Shown one piece after another: positions 17,222 through 26,026 of a DNA stretch of 46,671 nucleotides. How positions within the stretch are numbered: the first letter of the stretch is position 1; each line of letters opens with the position of its first letter. The stretch is from NCBI GenBank assembly GCA_030877765.1, contig GCA_030877765.1_4853.1; one strand, given 5' to 3'. The DNA is from a phage. The notes beneath the pieces are model-generated. The model was not told the DNA's origin and did no database searches. It saw only the letters and a list, made by a program, of their open reading frames with translations. Made by a program: the position numbers and the translations under genes.

Positions 17222-18634
17222 ATGTCAAAAATTGATGCACTAAACGCTTATATACGCGACCGCGTAGCGAACAATAACCGGGCGATCCAGCAGCAACGGC
17301 TTTGCGCTGGCGGGAAGAATCTGGACCAGAAGCGAGAGTTCATGTGGAAGGAACTTGGCTACCCGCAGGAAATCACCGCCGAGATGTTCCGCTATGCCTA
17401 TGAGCGACACCCAGCCGCCGCCGCTGGAATTAACCGCATTATTAATAAATGTTGGCAGAAATACCCTGAAGTTGTCGAAGATGGCGAGGATGACAAGAAC
17501 TCAACGACATGGGAGCTGTCCATCAACGACATGATGAAGCGCGCCTACCCGTTCATCAAGGAGGCTGATAAGCGCAACGCCATCAACCGCTATTCCGCTG
17601 TTATCCTGCAAATCCGTGACGGCAAACAGTGGAGTGAGCCTGTAGACATTACAAAAACCCGCCGCATTAAAGATAAATCCATCGCTCGCTTTATTCCGGT
17701 ATGGGAAGAGCAGCTACGCGTTAGCGCATGGAATAACGACGAAACCAGCGAAGACTACGGAATGCCTGAGATGTACGAATATCAGGAAAGCGCCGTGGAG
17801 GACTTCGATAGCGATGGCAAGCCTGAGCGTTCCGTGCAGATTCACCCTGACCGCATCATCATTCTGGCTGAGGGTAGTTTTGACGGCAGTATGTTCAGTG
17901 GCATCCCGATGTTGCGTGCTGGCTACAATAGCCTTATCGACATGGCTAAGGTTTCAGGTAGTTCAGCAGAAGGATTCCTGAAGAATGCCAGCCGTCAACT
18001 GGCTGTTAACTACACGAAGGACAACGTAACGCCAGCAAGCCTTGCGCAGTCTATGGGTGTCGATATTGAAGAACTCACTGACATCATGAATGAGAACATC
18101 GAAGCGCTAAACTCAGGCATCGACGCAGCTATGTTCACAATGGGGGCGGATGCAAAGGTGCTTGCCGTAACGCCAGCCGACCCGAAACCAACATGGGAAG
18201 TGGCTGCCAACCAGTTCGCTGCATCAATGGCGCTTCCGTTCACCGTCATTTTTGGTCAGCAAACCGGACGCCTTGCGAGTGATGAGGACAAGATGCAGGA
18301 GGCGATGACAGCCAAGCAGCGCCGCGAAACGTGGGTTGATTATGTCATCTCAATGTTCGTTGAGCGCATGATTCAGTTCGGCATTGTCGATAAAGCACCG
18401 GCAAATGGCTACAAGGTTAAGTGGGATGATCTGCTTGCCCCATCAGAGCTGGATAAAGCTGAATTGCTGTCCAAGCTCGCCACTGCGAACAAGTCCTTCT
18501 TTGATGCTGGTCAATCTGCACTGCTGACCGTCGATGAAGCTCGCGGCATGGTTGGCATGGAGCCAATTGAACTTGACGAAAGCTATCGCGAAGACACACC
18601 GCCGGAAGACGAAAATGAAGATACTCCGGTTTAA
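17222..18634 (+). CDS. Portal protein
   Basis: 470 aa, acidic C-terminus, located after the terminase block; assigned by position, size and composition. Confidence 0.7.
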   Translation: MSKIDALNAYIRDRVANNNRAIQQQRLCAGGKNLDQKREFMWKELGYPQEITAEMFRYAYERHPAAAAGINRIINKCWQKYPEVVEDGEDDKNSTTWELSINDMMKRAYPFIKEADKRNAINRYSAVILQIRDGKQWSEPVDITKTRRIKDKSIARFIPVWEEQLRVSAWNNDETSEDYGMPEMYEYQESAVEDFDSDGKPERSVQIHPDRIIILAEGSFDGSMFSGIPMLRAGYNSLIDMAKVSGSSAEGFLKNASRQLAVNYTKDNVTPASLAQSMGVDIEELTDIMNENIEALNSGIDAAMFTMGADAKVLAVTPADPKPTWEVAANQFAASMALPFTVIFGQQTGRLASDEDKMQEAMTAKQRRETWVDYVISMFVERMIQFGIVDKAPANGYKVKWDDLLAPSELDKAELLSKLATANKSFFDAGQSALLTVDEARGMVGMEPIELDESYREDTPPEDENEDTPV

Positions 18635-19565
18635 CGCAAGGCTACCCCAACCGCGCATATCGCAGAGCCTGACAGACCCGCTGGGTGCTGCGACTCGCCT
18701 GTCGAAGATGGATAAGGTGATAACGCGCAAATACAAACAATTCAGGACTCGTGCTCTTGAGTTGTTTCGCACTATTCCGAACGGTCAGGCTAATGCAGAA
18801 TCAAGCGGTCTGTATTTCTACGATTTCAGCAGTGCACGGGCTGCCACTTTCATGGATGAGTTACAGGCGCTGATTGACGAGATTCTTCTTGAAGGTGATG
18901 ATTTCGGTCACGGCAGGATGTGGGCCAATGTGTTCATTGGTGATGCGTATCAGGCCGGAACACAAAAGGCTAACTCAGAACTGTCAAGCCTGTCTCCGGT
19001 TTACGCTGAGCAGAGGCCGATTGCCGCGATACTCTACAGTGAGCCTTACCTGAATCGGCTCCAACTGGCTTATACGCAAGGTTACTCAGACTGGCGCGGA
19101 TTGAGTGATTACTCCCGCCAGCAACTGGCATCTGTCATTATGGAAGGCATTGCCCGTGGCGCTAATCCTCGCGATGTTGAAGCTGACATTGTTAAACGTG
19201 TTGATGTATCTCACAGCTACGCGAAACAGTTGGCGCAGACTGAAATAACCGGAACGCTACGTCAGGCTAACAGGCGGGAGGTCATTGAGGCGCGCGAAGA
19301 GTTAGGCATTGAGACGGTGATGCTGTGGCAATCGGCGTTGATGCGCACAACCCGCCAGACGCACGCAGCGCGACACGGACGGTTTTATACACCAGAAGAG
19401 ATTGACACGTTTTATAGCGAGAATGGCAATAAATATAATTGTCACTGTGCACAAACACCAGCATTGCTAATGGATGGGAAACCAGTCATTCTTGAATCCT
19501 CGCAGGAAAGGCTTGATAAACAGCGTGAAGCATGGCAATCAGTCAACAAAAAGCCCTCTAAGTGA
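18615..19565 (+). CDS. Head morphogenesis protein (SPP1 gp7-like minor head protein)
   Basis: Follows the portal; in-frame ATG at 18615 overlaps the portal stop; assigned by position and size. Confidence 0.6.
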   Translation: MKILRFNARLPQPRISQSLTDPLGAATRLSKMDKVITRKYKQFRTRALELFRTIPNGQANAESSGLYFYDFSSARAATFMDELQALIDEILLEGDDFGHGRMWANVFIGDAYQAGTQKANSELSSLSPVYAEQRPIAAILYSEPYLNRLQLAYTQGYSDWRGLSDYSRQQLASVIMEGIARGANPRDVEADIVKRVDVSHSYAKQLAQTEITGTLRQANRREVIEAREELGIETVMLWQSALMRTTRQTHAARHGRFYTPEEIDTFYSENGNKYNCHCAQTPALLMDGKPVILESSQERLDKQREAWQSVNKKPSK

Positions 19566-19580
19566 GGGCTTGGTTTTGTC
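19553..19580. terminator. Bidirectional terminator
   Basis: Stem gccctc/gagggc with 5-nt loop, then TTGGTTTTG. Confidence 0.7.
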
Positions 19581-19648
19581 TTGTGAGCATACACAGAACA
19601 AATATTATTATCGCATAGCACAATATCTCTACGATGCTGAATATTGTT

Positions 19649-20293
19649 TTAATCATCCAGTTTCACGCCTGGAATTTTTCCTGCTGCAATGGCTTCATAA
19701 ATTAGCTTGGCCTCGTCCTCGCGCCTGTAATCTTGAGCTGCCATTTCTAACACCGCGCAGATAGACTCAAGTACAGCCTCATGCTTCTTTTCTGCTTCTG
19801 TGCGTAGTGGTTTTAGGCTTTCCGGTACGAAGCAGCATGACCGACCAGCACCACCTTCATCCCAATAGCAAACAGCCACATCGTTTCCGTCCGTTGTTGT
19901 CTTGTGCGCTACAACTTCCATTTCAGTGCCAGCATCAGGAATCCAGTCATTGCAGTATCCTAACTTTGGATTAAAGAAGAATTCTACTTTTGCACCAACT
20001 GGCGGCAGGCCTTCTCCATTCCATGTCTGCTTTTGCAATGCTGCTAGCGCGGATTCATACAAGTCGCGAGTTATCATACAATAATCCGTGGCTACGCTGA
20101 CATAGCGACCGGGTATGGGGATTGCCACGGTGTACTGAAATGGCACATCAAAACCATCGCTATATCCCTTTGGGAAACAAAAAGCAATTGTGATACTGTC
20201 ACCATTGAAATCACCAACTCGACACCTCTCAGCACCATCAGGCCACCCACCACGCTTAGGTAATTCTTGAACTAACAGGTCGATAAGTTTCAT
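19649..20293 (-). CDS. Hypothetical protein (214 aa), last gene of leftward cassette A
   Basis: Long ORF on the opposite strand to the structural genes, coupled to the upstream paralog-A gene. Confidence 0.55.
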   Translation of the reverse strand: MKLIDLLVQELPKRGGWPDGAERCRVGDFNGDSITIAFCFPKGYSDGFDVPFQYTVAIPIPGRYVSVATDYCMITRDLYESALAALQKQTWNGEGLPPVGAKVEFFFNPKLGYCNDWIPDAGTEMEVVAHKTTTDGNDVAVCYWDEGGAGRSCCFVPESLKPLRTEAEKKHEAVLESICAVLEMAAQDYRREDEAKLIYEAIAAGKIPGVKLDD

Positions 20294-20592
20294 TTTGTTT
20301 CTCCCAATGCTTTATTAACCGCGGCACGTGCATTATCCAGAGCGCGACGCTTGCTTGATGTTGTCCAGCATTTTCCGGAGTGGTCGTCGTAGATTTCCAG
20401 AAGTTGCTGGAGTGCTGATAACAGGTCAGGAGATGCCGCTATTAGCCTTGCGTTATGCCATTGCTCGGTTTTATCACCGTTATATGTTGGAGTGAATGCA
20501 ACCTCGACACCAATATCCGAGATAACATCTGGCGCGTTATCATCACCAACAACAACTTCCCATTTTCCATGCGTACCTTTAAATTCTTTCAC
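20290..20592 (-). CDS. KEFKGT-motif protein, paralog A (likely GTG start at 20592)
   Basis: Shares MKEFKGT-G-W N-terminus, AA-P-LL-ALQ and NKALG C-terminal motifs with the 33777-34118 product; GAGGT RBS. Confidence 0.55.
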   Translation of the reverse strand: MKEFKGTHGKWEVVVGDDNAPDVISDIGVEVAFTPTYNGDKTEQWHNARLIAASPDLLSALQQLLEIYDDHSGKCWTTSSKRRALDNARAAVNKALGETK

Positions 20593-20600
20593 ATCCAACC

Positions 20601-20744
20601 TCACTTAATATACTCAACAATCTCAACTTCACGCATCTGCACCAGGCCAAATGGTGCAACCACCTTACCGCACGGACGGATTTTGATTTGCTCAAGGTTG
20701 AACACTCCGCAGCGTCCGTTTTCTTTGAATTTGACCATTACCAT
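20601..20744 (-). CDS. Small protein (47 aa)
   Basis: ATG start; stop overlaps the downstream GTG; below track cutoff. Confidence 0.3.
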   Translation of the reverse strand: MVMVKFKENGRCGVFNLEQIKIRPCGKVVAPFGLVQMREVEIVEYIK

Positions 20745-20746
20745 AA

Positions 20747-20899
20747 TTAATACCCGTTTTTCTTGGCTAATTGTTGCGCACGTTTCTTCGTGTACCCACA
20801 GGCCATCAGGCGCTTGACCTCGTTGCGGCGCCTTGCGAAATGGTACTCACGAGAATTAAATGCACATTCGTTGCTAAAGTTAACATTACGTGGATTCAT
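20747..20899 (-). CDS. Small basic protein (50 aa)
   Basis: GAGGTG RBS 6 nt upstream; Arg/Lys-rich; first ORF after the leftward promoter. Confidence 0.3.
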   Translation of the reverse strand: MNPRNVNFSNECAFNSREYHFARRRNEVKRLMACGYTKKRAQQLAKKNGY

Positions 20900-20931
20900 C
20901 TTCATCACCTCATTCATCACTTGATATAGAT

Positions 20932-20977
20932 ACTATGCACCACCAACCAATCTACGTCAACACCATTGTGATAGAAT
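20932..20977. promoter_or_regulatory. Divergent promoter pair
   Basis: Minus strand TTGACG, 17 bp, CATAGT; plus strand extended -10 TGaTAGAAT. The core CACCACCAACCAATCTACGTCAACA recurs at 34160-34190. Confidence 0.55.
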
Positions 20978-21003
20978 TAATCATTATTTGAACTGGAGGC
21001 AGA

Positions 21004-21282
21004 ATGAAACTATCGCAACGAGGCGTGGAGACGTTTGGAATTACCGATGCCGTGAATATATCGCCTTACATCACTACCGAGACAACGCAGAATCAGTTCG
21101 ACGCGCTGGCAAGTCTTGCCACCGACATTGGCATTTACGCGTTCCGTAAATCAACGCTTCTGAAGAAGCACAACCTCCGCTGCTTCTCATGTGCTGTTGC
21201 GCATTTCATCGCGTGGGGCGAGAAGACTGGCGACAAAGCAAAACGCAAAGCTGAAAAAGAGGTTTACTGGTATGGCTATTAG
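21004..21282 (+). CDS. Lysozyme-like remnant (GH24/P22 gp19-type C-terminal subdomain only)
   Basis: QNQFDALASLATDIGIYAFRKSTLLKKHNL...AHFIAWGEK parallels the P22/T4 lysozyme C-terminal region as recalled from memory; catalytic Glu/Asp/Thr segment absent; has its own RBS (GGAGG). Confidence 0.5.
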   Translation: MKLSQRGVETFGITDAVNISPYITTETTQNQFDALASLATDIGIYAFRKSTLLKKHNLRCFSCAVAHFIAWGEKTGDKAKRKAEKEVYWYGY

Positions 21283-21736
21283 TAAAAACATGAAGGCGTT
21301 TCTGGATATGCTGGCGTACAGCGAGGGCACTGATAACGGGCGGCAGAAAACCAATAATCATGGTTATGATGTGATTGTTGGCGGCTCACTGTTTACCGAC
21401 TATTCCGACCACCCGCGCAAGCTGATTAGCCTGCCAAGGCTGGGCATTAAATCCACCGCCGCCGGTCGCTATCAGGTACTGGCTAAGTTTTATGATGCGT
21501 ACAAAAAGCAATTGCGTTTACCGGACTTCTCCCCCGCATCGCAGGACGCCATTGCAATGCAGCTAATCCGTGAATGCAAGGCCACCGCTGATATTGAGGC
21601 TGGTCGCATTGCTGATGCCATCCATAAATGCCGCTCCCGCTGGGCCTCATTGCCGGGCGCTGGGTATGGTCAGCATGAGCAGAAGCTGGATAAGCTGATT
21701 CAGGTATACAAAGAGGCTGGCGGAGCTGTGGCATGA
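21272..21736 (+). CDS. Endolysin, lambda R-type lytic transglycosylase
   Basis: KAFLDMLAYSEGTDNGRQKTNNHGYDVIVGG..FTDYSDHPR...GRYQ...WASLPGAGYGQ closely tracks lambda R as recalled. Confidence 0.9.
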   Translation: MAISKNMKAFLDMLAYSEGTDNGRQKTNNHGYDVIVGGSLFTDYSDHPRKLISLPRLGIKSTAAGRYQVLAKFYDAYKKQLRLPDFSPASQDAIAMQLIRECKATADIEAGRIADAIHKCRSRWASLPGAGYGQHEQKLDKLIQVYKEAGGAVA

Positions 21737-21972
21737 AAAAGCTAAGCAACTGGCTGCTCGCCGCGTGGATTTCATTCTGCTCGCTGTTACAACTATGGCC
21801 TGATGCAATGATGCATGTGTGGGTAATGATGCCGGATGACCTGAAAGCAGCGCTACCGCCAATCGTGGTCAAAGGTGTGAGTTACTCAATTATGCTTGTC
21901 GGCATCCTCGGCAAAATGCACGGCATGAGGAAGGAAAACCGGAGGCTGCGCAATGATGTCGATTCTCGTTAA
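21733..21972 (+). CDS. Putative holin (two TM helices, charged C-terminus)
   Basis: TM1 LSNWLLAAWISFCSLLQLW, TM2 VSYSIMLVGILG, tail KMHGMRKENRRLRND; ATGA-coupled to the endolysin. Confidence 0.45.
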   Translation: MKKLSNWLLAAWISFCSLLQLWPDAMMHVWVMMPDDLKAALPPIVVKGVSYSIMLVGILGKMHGMRKENRRLRNDVDSR

Positions 21973-22444
21973 ATACTGGCGACCGCTGGCAATTATTATA
22001 ATTGTTGCCGCTGGCGCGTTGTGGGTGGCAAATAAAGTGTCCGGTTATGGCGAGCAACAATATGCCGCCGGATACGCGAAGGCAGTCGCAGAACAGAAGG
22101 CCGCAGACGAACAAGAGGAGCAACGACGCAATGCAGAACTGCAAAAGATTCAGGCCGACGCACAGCAAAGGATTGATGCTGCGCGCAATGATGCTGTTAA
22201 TGCTGCCGCTAAGTCTGGCAGGTTGCAGCAACAACTCACCAGTATCCGCAAGCAGCTCGTCGGATATTCCACCGCTGAGTCCATTGGCAACCCAGCCGCA
22301 GAAACCGGAGTTTTGCTTGCAGACGTGCTCCGCAAATCTGTCGAAAGAAATCAACAGCTGGCAGATTACGCTGACAGGGCGAGAGAGGCAGGATTGACGT
22401 GTGAGGCACAGTATAATTCTCTGCGTAATAAAAAAGCCCCGTGA
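21953..22444 (+). CDS. Rz: Rz-like i-spanin
   Basis: N-terminal TM (LAIIIIVAAGALWV) followed by Gln/Ala-rich coiled coil. Confidence 0.8.
   Translation: MMSILVKYWRPLAIIIIVAAGALWVANKVSGYGEQQYAAGYAKAVAEQKAADEQEEQRRNAELQKIQADAQQRIDAARNDAVNAAAKSGRLQQQLTSIRKQLVGYSTAESIGNPAAETGVLLADVLRKSVERNQQLADYADRAREAGLTCEAQYNSLRNKKAP
22176..22397 (+). CDS. Rz1: Rz1-like o-spanin lipoprotein, embedded in +1 frame within Rz
   Basis: MLRAMMLLMLPLSLAGCSNN: signal peptide with LAGC lipobox; Pro-rich mature region. Confidence 0.7.
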   Translation: MLRAMMLLMLPLSLAGCSNNSPVSASSSSDIPPLSPLATQPQKPEFCLQTCSANLSKEINSWQITLTGRERQD

Positions 22445-22460
22445 TGGGGCTTTGTTTTAA
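22433..22460. terminator. Bidirectional terminator
   Basis: Stem agcccc/ggggct overlapping the Rz stop, followed by TTTGTTTT. Confidence 0.75.
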
Positions 22461-22478
22461 CCTTCTCCGTAGCCAATG

Positions 22479-22862
22479 TCACGCATAAAGCGCCTCCATC
22501 TTGTACCCAAACATAATTGCATTCTGATGCTCAGTGCTACCAGAAAACACCAGATAGCGTTTACCTCGATTATCCGTAACGATGTAGGCAGCTGGTGAGT
22601 TTTCCTTCCTAAATCTGGCTTCGTCATCACTCCCTTCATACATCCTCCCACTCGCTGGCAGATACAAATCGAATGTTTGAATTTCCGTTCCGCTGCATTC
22701 ATTGCTACGTTCATTGAACAGGATAGCCAATCTTGGGTTGCCATTGGAATGCTTTGCAGGGAATGCGATTCTCCAGCCATCGTACATATACTGACTTGGG
22801 TAGGATAGCCATGACTTACCGCGCCTACCCTCCGTAAGAATCGGCTTACTCGCCATTATGAT
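22479..22862 (-). CDS. Hypothetical protein (about 127 aa from MASKPILTEG)
   Basis: Track ORF 22479-22904; internal ATG preferred. Confidence 0.45.
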   Translation of the reverse strand: MIMASKPILTEGRRGKSWLSYPSQYMYDGWRIAFPAKHSNGNPRLAILFNERSNECSGTEIQTFDLYLPASGRMYEGSDDEARFRKENSPAAYIVTDNRGKRYLVFSGSTEHQNAIMFGYKMEALYA

Positions 22863-23121
22863 CCTCCACAATCCGCACCAGTGAGCACTCAAGATTCGGT
22901 GCATTGTAATTACCAGCCAGAAACAGCACGCTACCAGTGCTAATAAGCACCTGCTTCGCGTTCGCCTGCGACAGATTCTGCACGATGAATTGCGCTGTTT
23001 CTGTGCCGATTTTCAGCACTGCGCTGCCGTCGCTGTTCAGTGATACAAGTTGTGCGGAAGTGTCAGTAATGTTGGTGAAGTTCGCGTTTCGCTGCGCGAT
23101 TGTGATGTCGCAAAAAGACAT
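22846..23121 (-). CDS. Hypothetical protein (91 aa)
   Basis: Operon-coupled ORF. Confidence 0.4.
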   Translation of the reverse strand: MSFCDITIAQRNANFTNITDTSAQLVSLNSDGSAVLKIGTETAQFIVQNLSQANAKQVLISTGSVLFLAGNYNAPNLECSLVRIVEDHNGE

Positions 23122-23423
23122 TATTTAATCTCTCCGTTCAGTTCATTAACAATTAACGTTGCATAGCCAGCAATATCTTTCCAGCTGTCATCATAAGTCG
23201 GGTCGCCATTCAGAATGCGCCCAATCTTGTGCTGAATCATGTCGAGCGCCTCGCGTTGACTTGGTGTGAGATTGCGCCAGCCATCTACCTTGCGCATCAC
23301 ATCTTTCAACTCCTGCATAATTTCAGCGCCGTCTTTGAATTTACCGTATCGACTACCGCGTTCGGTGATGAGTCGCTCTGTTGCGTCAGTATGGCGCTTA
23401 TCGCCCGTGATTTGTGAACTCAT
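23121..23423 (-). CDS. Hypothetical protein (100 aa)
   Basis: Operon-coupled ORF. Confidence 0.45.
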   Translation of the reverse strand: MSSQITGDKRHTDATERLITERGSRYGKFKDGAEIMQELKDVMRKVDGWRNLTPSQREALDMIQHKIGRILNGDPTYDDSWKDIAGYATLIVNELNGEIK

Positions 23424-23910
23424 TGTGATGCATTCTCCTGAATTCTTTTATTTTTGCTTCTGCTTCTCTTATGTCGGAAAAGTAACCAACTGTGAATCTT
23501 TTGCCATTTACTCCAACTCTTGCATGCCACTTGTTGTGCGATGAACTCCAGTTAACCCCCTTGATACCGCTAGTGTTGTTTTTGTTCATTGCTTTGTTGT
23601 GGCTATTCTCAAATTTGCTGGCCTCCCTTAAATTGCACGCCCTGTTGTCATTGCGAATGCCATTAATGTGGTCAATCATTTCACTTGCTGGCGCGCCATG
23701 AATGCATATCCATGCCAATCTGTGAGCAAGAAAAGCCCTACCGCAAAGAATTATTTGCACATATCCATCTGGCTTTAAGTAGCCAGCCACACTCCCTTTT
23801 TCTGCAATCCTATTCCTTGTCTTTAGCCATTTAAATTCCCCAGTTAGTGGATTGTAGTAAAGGTAACTCAATATAAACTCCCTACTCGGCTCATCTCTCC
23901 TATGCCTCAT
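23398..23910 (-). CDS. HNH-AP2 homing endonuclease (paralog 3 of 4)
   Basis: AHRLAWICIHGAPASEMIDHINGIRNDNRACNLR followed by NTSGIKGVNWSSSHNKWHARVGVNGKRFTVGYF. Confidence 0.85.
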   Translation of the reverse strand: MRHRRDEPSREFILSYLYYNPLTGEFKWLKTRNRIAEKGSVAGYLKPDGYVQIILCGRAFLAHRLAWICIHGAPASEMIDHINGIRNDNRACNLREASKFENSHNKAMNKNNTSGIKGVNWSSSHNKWHARVGVNGKRFTVGYFSDIREAEAKIKEFRRMHHNEFTNHGR

Positions 23911-24113
23911 TTCTCATCCTCTTTCATTGTCACCCTATTATTCTCGTCAACACTGAAGTTGGCCCGAATCAAATCATACATATCTTCCTTAGGCATATCA
24001 GCCAGCGCCACATAGCAACGGGCGAAGTAGCGAACATCACGGAGTGTCAGCGGTTGTCGCTTCTCCACAATGCTGGTGATAATGTCCATCGGCTCGCGTC
24101 GTGGTCTTGGCAT
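23907..24113 (-). CDS. Hypothetical protein (68 aa), first gene of leftward cassette B
   Basis: AAGGAG RBS; ATGA overlap with the HNH gene. Confidence 0.5.
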   Translation of the reverse strand: MPRPRREPMDIITSIVEKRQPLTLRDVRYFARCYVALADMPKEDMYDLIRANFSVDENNRVTMKEDEK

Positions 24114-24140
24114 ATTTACTACTCCTTCTCGAAAAACATC

Positions 24141-24201
24141 TTGACGTTTCTACATCATTTAGTCAATACTTGTTGACGTAGATTGTACCACAACGGAAAA
24201 G
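24141..24201. promoter_or_regulatory. Divergent promoter region with two TTGACG boxes
   Basis: TTGACG at 24141 and 24173, the second as TGTTGACGTAGATT; separates leftward cassette B from rightward genes. Confidence 0.4.
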
Positions 24202-24212
24202 GTGATGTGGAA

Positions 24213-24410
24213 ATGCGATACAAAGAAATAGCAGCGAGATACCAGAAGGAAGTTCGCGAGGTTATGGAAATCCTTAACGTTCGCGAGGATACCATTAAGT
24301 TTGTGGAAACCGCCATGTGTTCACTGGCGCTTGAAGCGGAGGTTGCGGGTCGTGAAAAGGCTGACGAACTTATATCTGCGGTGGTTTATAGTTCAACCAG
24401 TAACGGTTGA
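24213..24410 (+). CDS. Hypothetical protein (65 aa)
   Basis: ATG 24213 with a GGTGATG RBS region; track ORF starts at a TTG. Confidence 0.4.
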   Translation: MRYKEIAARYQKEVREVMEILNVREDTIKFVETAMCSLALEAEVAGREKADELISAVVYSSTSNG

Positions 24411-24470
24411 AGATGAAGGTTATCTGTGCGTTGAGCACGTTGTTATCAAATTCTACGGGAGAAATTATAA

Positions 24471-24665
24471 ATGGCGCATGACGAACTGTACGAAGAATCG
24501 TTAATCCAGAGGTTGAATGAAGTTGAGCGCACTCGCGAATGGCTGGAGTGCGAGTTACGAGAAGTGCGCAACCGCCTGCAACGCAAGCGCAGTCAGCAAA
24601 GAGATGTCATCGACTGGTCTGGGGGTACACCTAAATTTAACAATCTGGGAGAATGGTTGAAATGA
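24471..24665 (+). CDS. Hypothetical protein (64 aa)
   Basis: Track ORF in operon orientation. Confidence 0.4.
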   Translation: MAHDELYEESLIQRLNEVERTREWLECELREVRNRLQRKRSQQRDVIDWSGGTPKFNNLGEWLK

Positions 24666-25192
24666 GCAACATTAGTAAGGAAAGCATTTTAAAGTTCCTC
24701 CAGCATGATGAAAATACAGGAAACTTTCTATGGATTGATAATTTCTCAAGAAAATCAAAGAAAGGGAAGGTGGCTGGAGGTATTACATCGCATGGGTATT
24801 GGAGAATTCAACTCCCCATCGGGAGGTTTTACGCACACAGAATGGCGTGGATTGTTTGCAATGGAGATATACCAAACGGATATGAGATTGATCACATAAA
24901 TGGGAACAAGAAAGATAATCGCATCAGCAACCTAAGATTGGTCACAAGAGGTCAAAATGTTATGAATGTAGGCGTGAAAAACAATAATACAAGCGGAGTT
25001 AAGGATGTTGTTTGGGACTCTTCGCGAGAAAGGTGGAGGGTTCAAATTACAGCCAATGGCAAGCATTATTATGGAGGTAGATTCTCGTCAATAACACAAG
25101 CAAAAGAGGAGAGGAACAGGCTCATAAAGATGGTTCACGGGAAATTTTTGAATACAAAAGGTGAGCAATATGACACTACTAATGAACGATGA
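24653..25192 (+). CDS. HNH-AP2 homing endonuclease (paralog 4 of 4)
   Basis: AHRMAWIVCNGDIPNGYEIDHINGNKKDNRISNLR followed by NTSGVKDVVWDSSRERWRVQITANGKHYYGGRF. Confidence 0.85.
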   Translation: MVEMSNISKESILKFLQHDENTGNFLWIDNFSRKSKKGKVAGGITSHGYWRIQLPIGRFYAHRMAWIVCNGDIPNGYEIDHINGNKKDNRISNLRLVTRGQNVMNVGVKNNNTSGVKDVVWDSSRERWRVQITANGKHYYGGRFSSITQAKEERNRLIKMVHGKFLNTKGEQYDTTNER

Positions 25193-25406
25193 GAAATTAC
25201 TTGAATGCCCGTTTTGTGGTTGTGATGACGTAAGTGTTATTGATGACGGCGAATGGTTGCACGTTGAGTGCGGAGATTGTTTTTGCCGCACTGACTCGTA
25301 TTGCTGCGCATCCACGGCAATGAAGAAATGGAACACAAGAGGTGGACACCTCTACACTTCCGACGACTTCAATCAGGCAGCAGAGGAGCGTGATTATGGA
25401 CTATAA
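25170..25406 (+). CDS. Lar-like restriction alleviation zinc-ribbon protein
   Basis: LLECPFCG...HVECGDCFC...AMKKWNTRG matches the Lar family CxxC..CxxC..WNTR pattern. Confidence 0.55.
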   Translation: MTLLMNDEKLLECPFCGCDDVSVIDDGEWLHVECGDCFCRTDSYCCASTAMKKWNTRGGHLYTSDDFNQAAEERDYGL

Positions 25407-25884
25407 ATCACAAATCATGCGCGTGATTATGAATCACCCCGGAGCAACGCGCGCATACATTGAGAAGCATTGCGGAGGTAAGCATTCAAGCACCACAACG
25501 CATCGCTTACATGAGATGCTTGCTCTTGGATTCATTCGTCGCGAGAAGTCAGTGATTCGCGGCGGCAAGTGGCAGTATAAATATTTCATCTCTGATGATG
25601 CAGCCGGTATTGATGATGCTATTAAGTGCCATTTGCTTGATAACGCTGGCGCGGAAGTGAAAGAAATCAGTACCACCAATGGCATTGATTATCGCATCGT
25701 GAAAAGCCGCATCCGCATTATGTTTCATAACGGTGATGTGACGCGAAGCTATGACCACCACAAGAAGCTGTGGCGTTATTCATGGAAGGAGAAGGAAGTC
25801 AATGTAAGCAATCTATTTAATTCACTTCTTCGCAGCGTAAGGGGTCAGCATGGGAAAAGCCAAACGCAAGAAGCAAGAGTATGA
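25396..25884 (+). CDS. Hypothetical protein with N-terminal winged-helix-like region
   Basis: IMRVIMNHPGATRAYIEKHCG...HRLHEMLALGFIRRE resembles a MarR-type wHTH. Confidence 0.45.
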   Translation: MDYKSQIMRVIMNHPGATRAYIEKHCGGKHSSTTTHRLHEMLALGFIRREKSVIRGGKWQYKYFISDDAAGIDDAIKCHLLDNAGAEVKEISTTNGIDYRIVKSRIRIMFHNGDVTRSYDHHKKLWRYSWKEKEVNVSNLFNSLLRSVRGQHGKSQTQEARV

Positions 25885-26026
25885 ACCTCTACCGCCATGC
25901 GAAATGTCAGGAATGCCGCAGCAGGAGGATGTGATTCTCACCGCGGCTGAGTGGCGCAAGGTGGCAAGAGTGCAAATCATGTTCCGCAAACTTGCTGAGG
26001 ATGTACTAAATGAAATGGGCTATTAA
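25850..26026 (+). CDS. Small basic protein (58 aa)
   Basis: ATG 25850; below track cutoff; overlaps neighbours. Confidence 0.3.
   Translation: MGKAKRKKQEYEPLPPCEMSGMPQQEDVILTAAEWRKVARVQIMFRKLAEDVLNEMGY

Noticed and set aside
20455-20817. ORF 20455-20817 (+), 120 aa
   Set aside because: Overlaps the better-supported leftward KEFKGT gene and small ORFs; no RBS; sits upstream of the rightward promoter.
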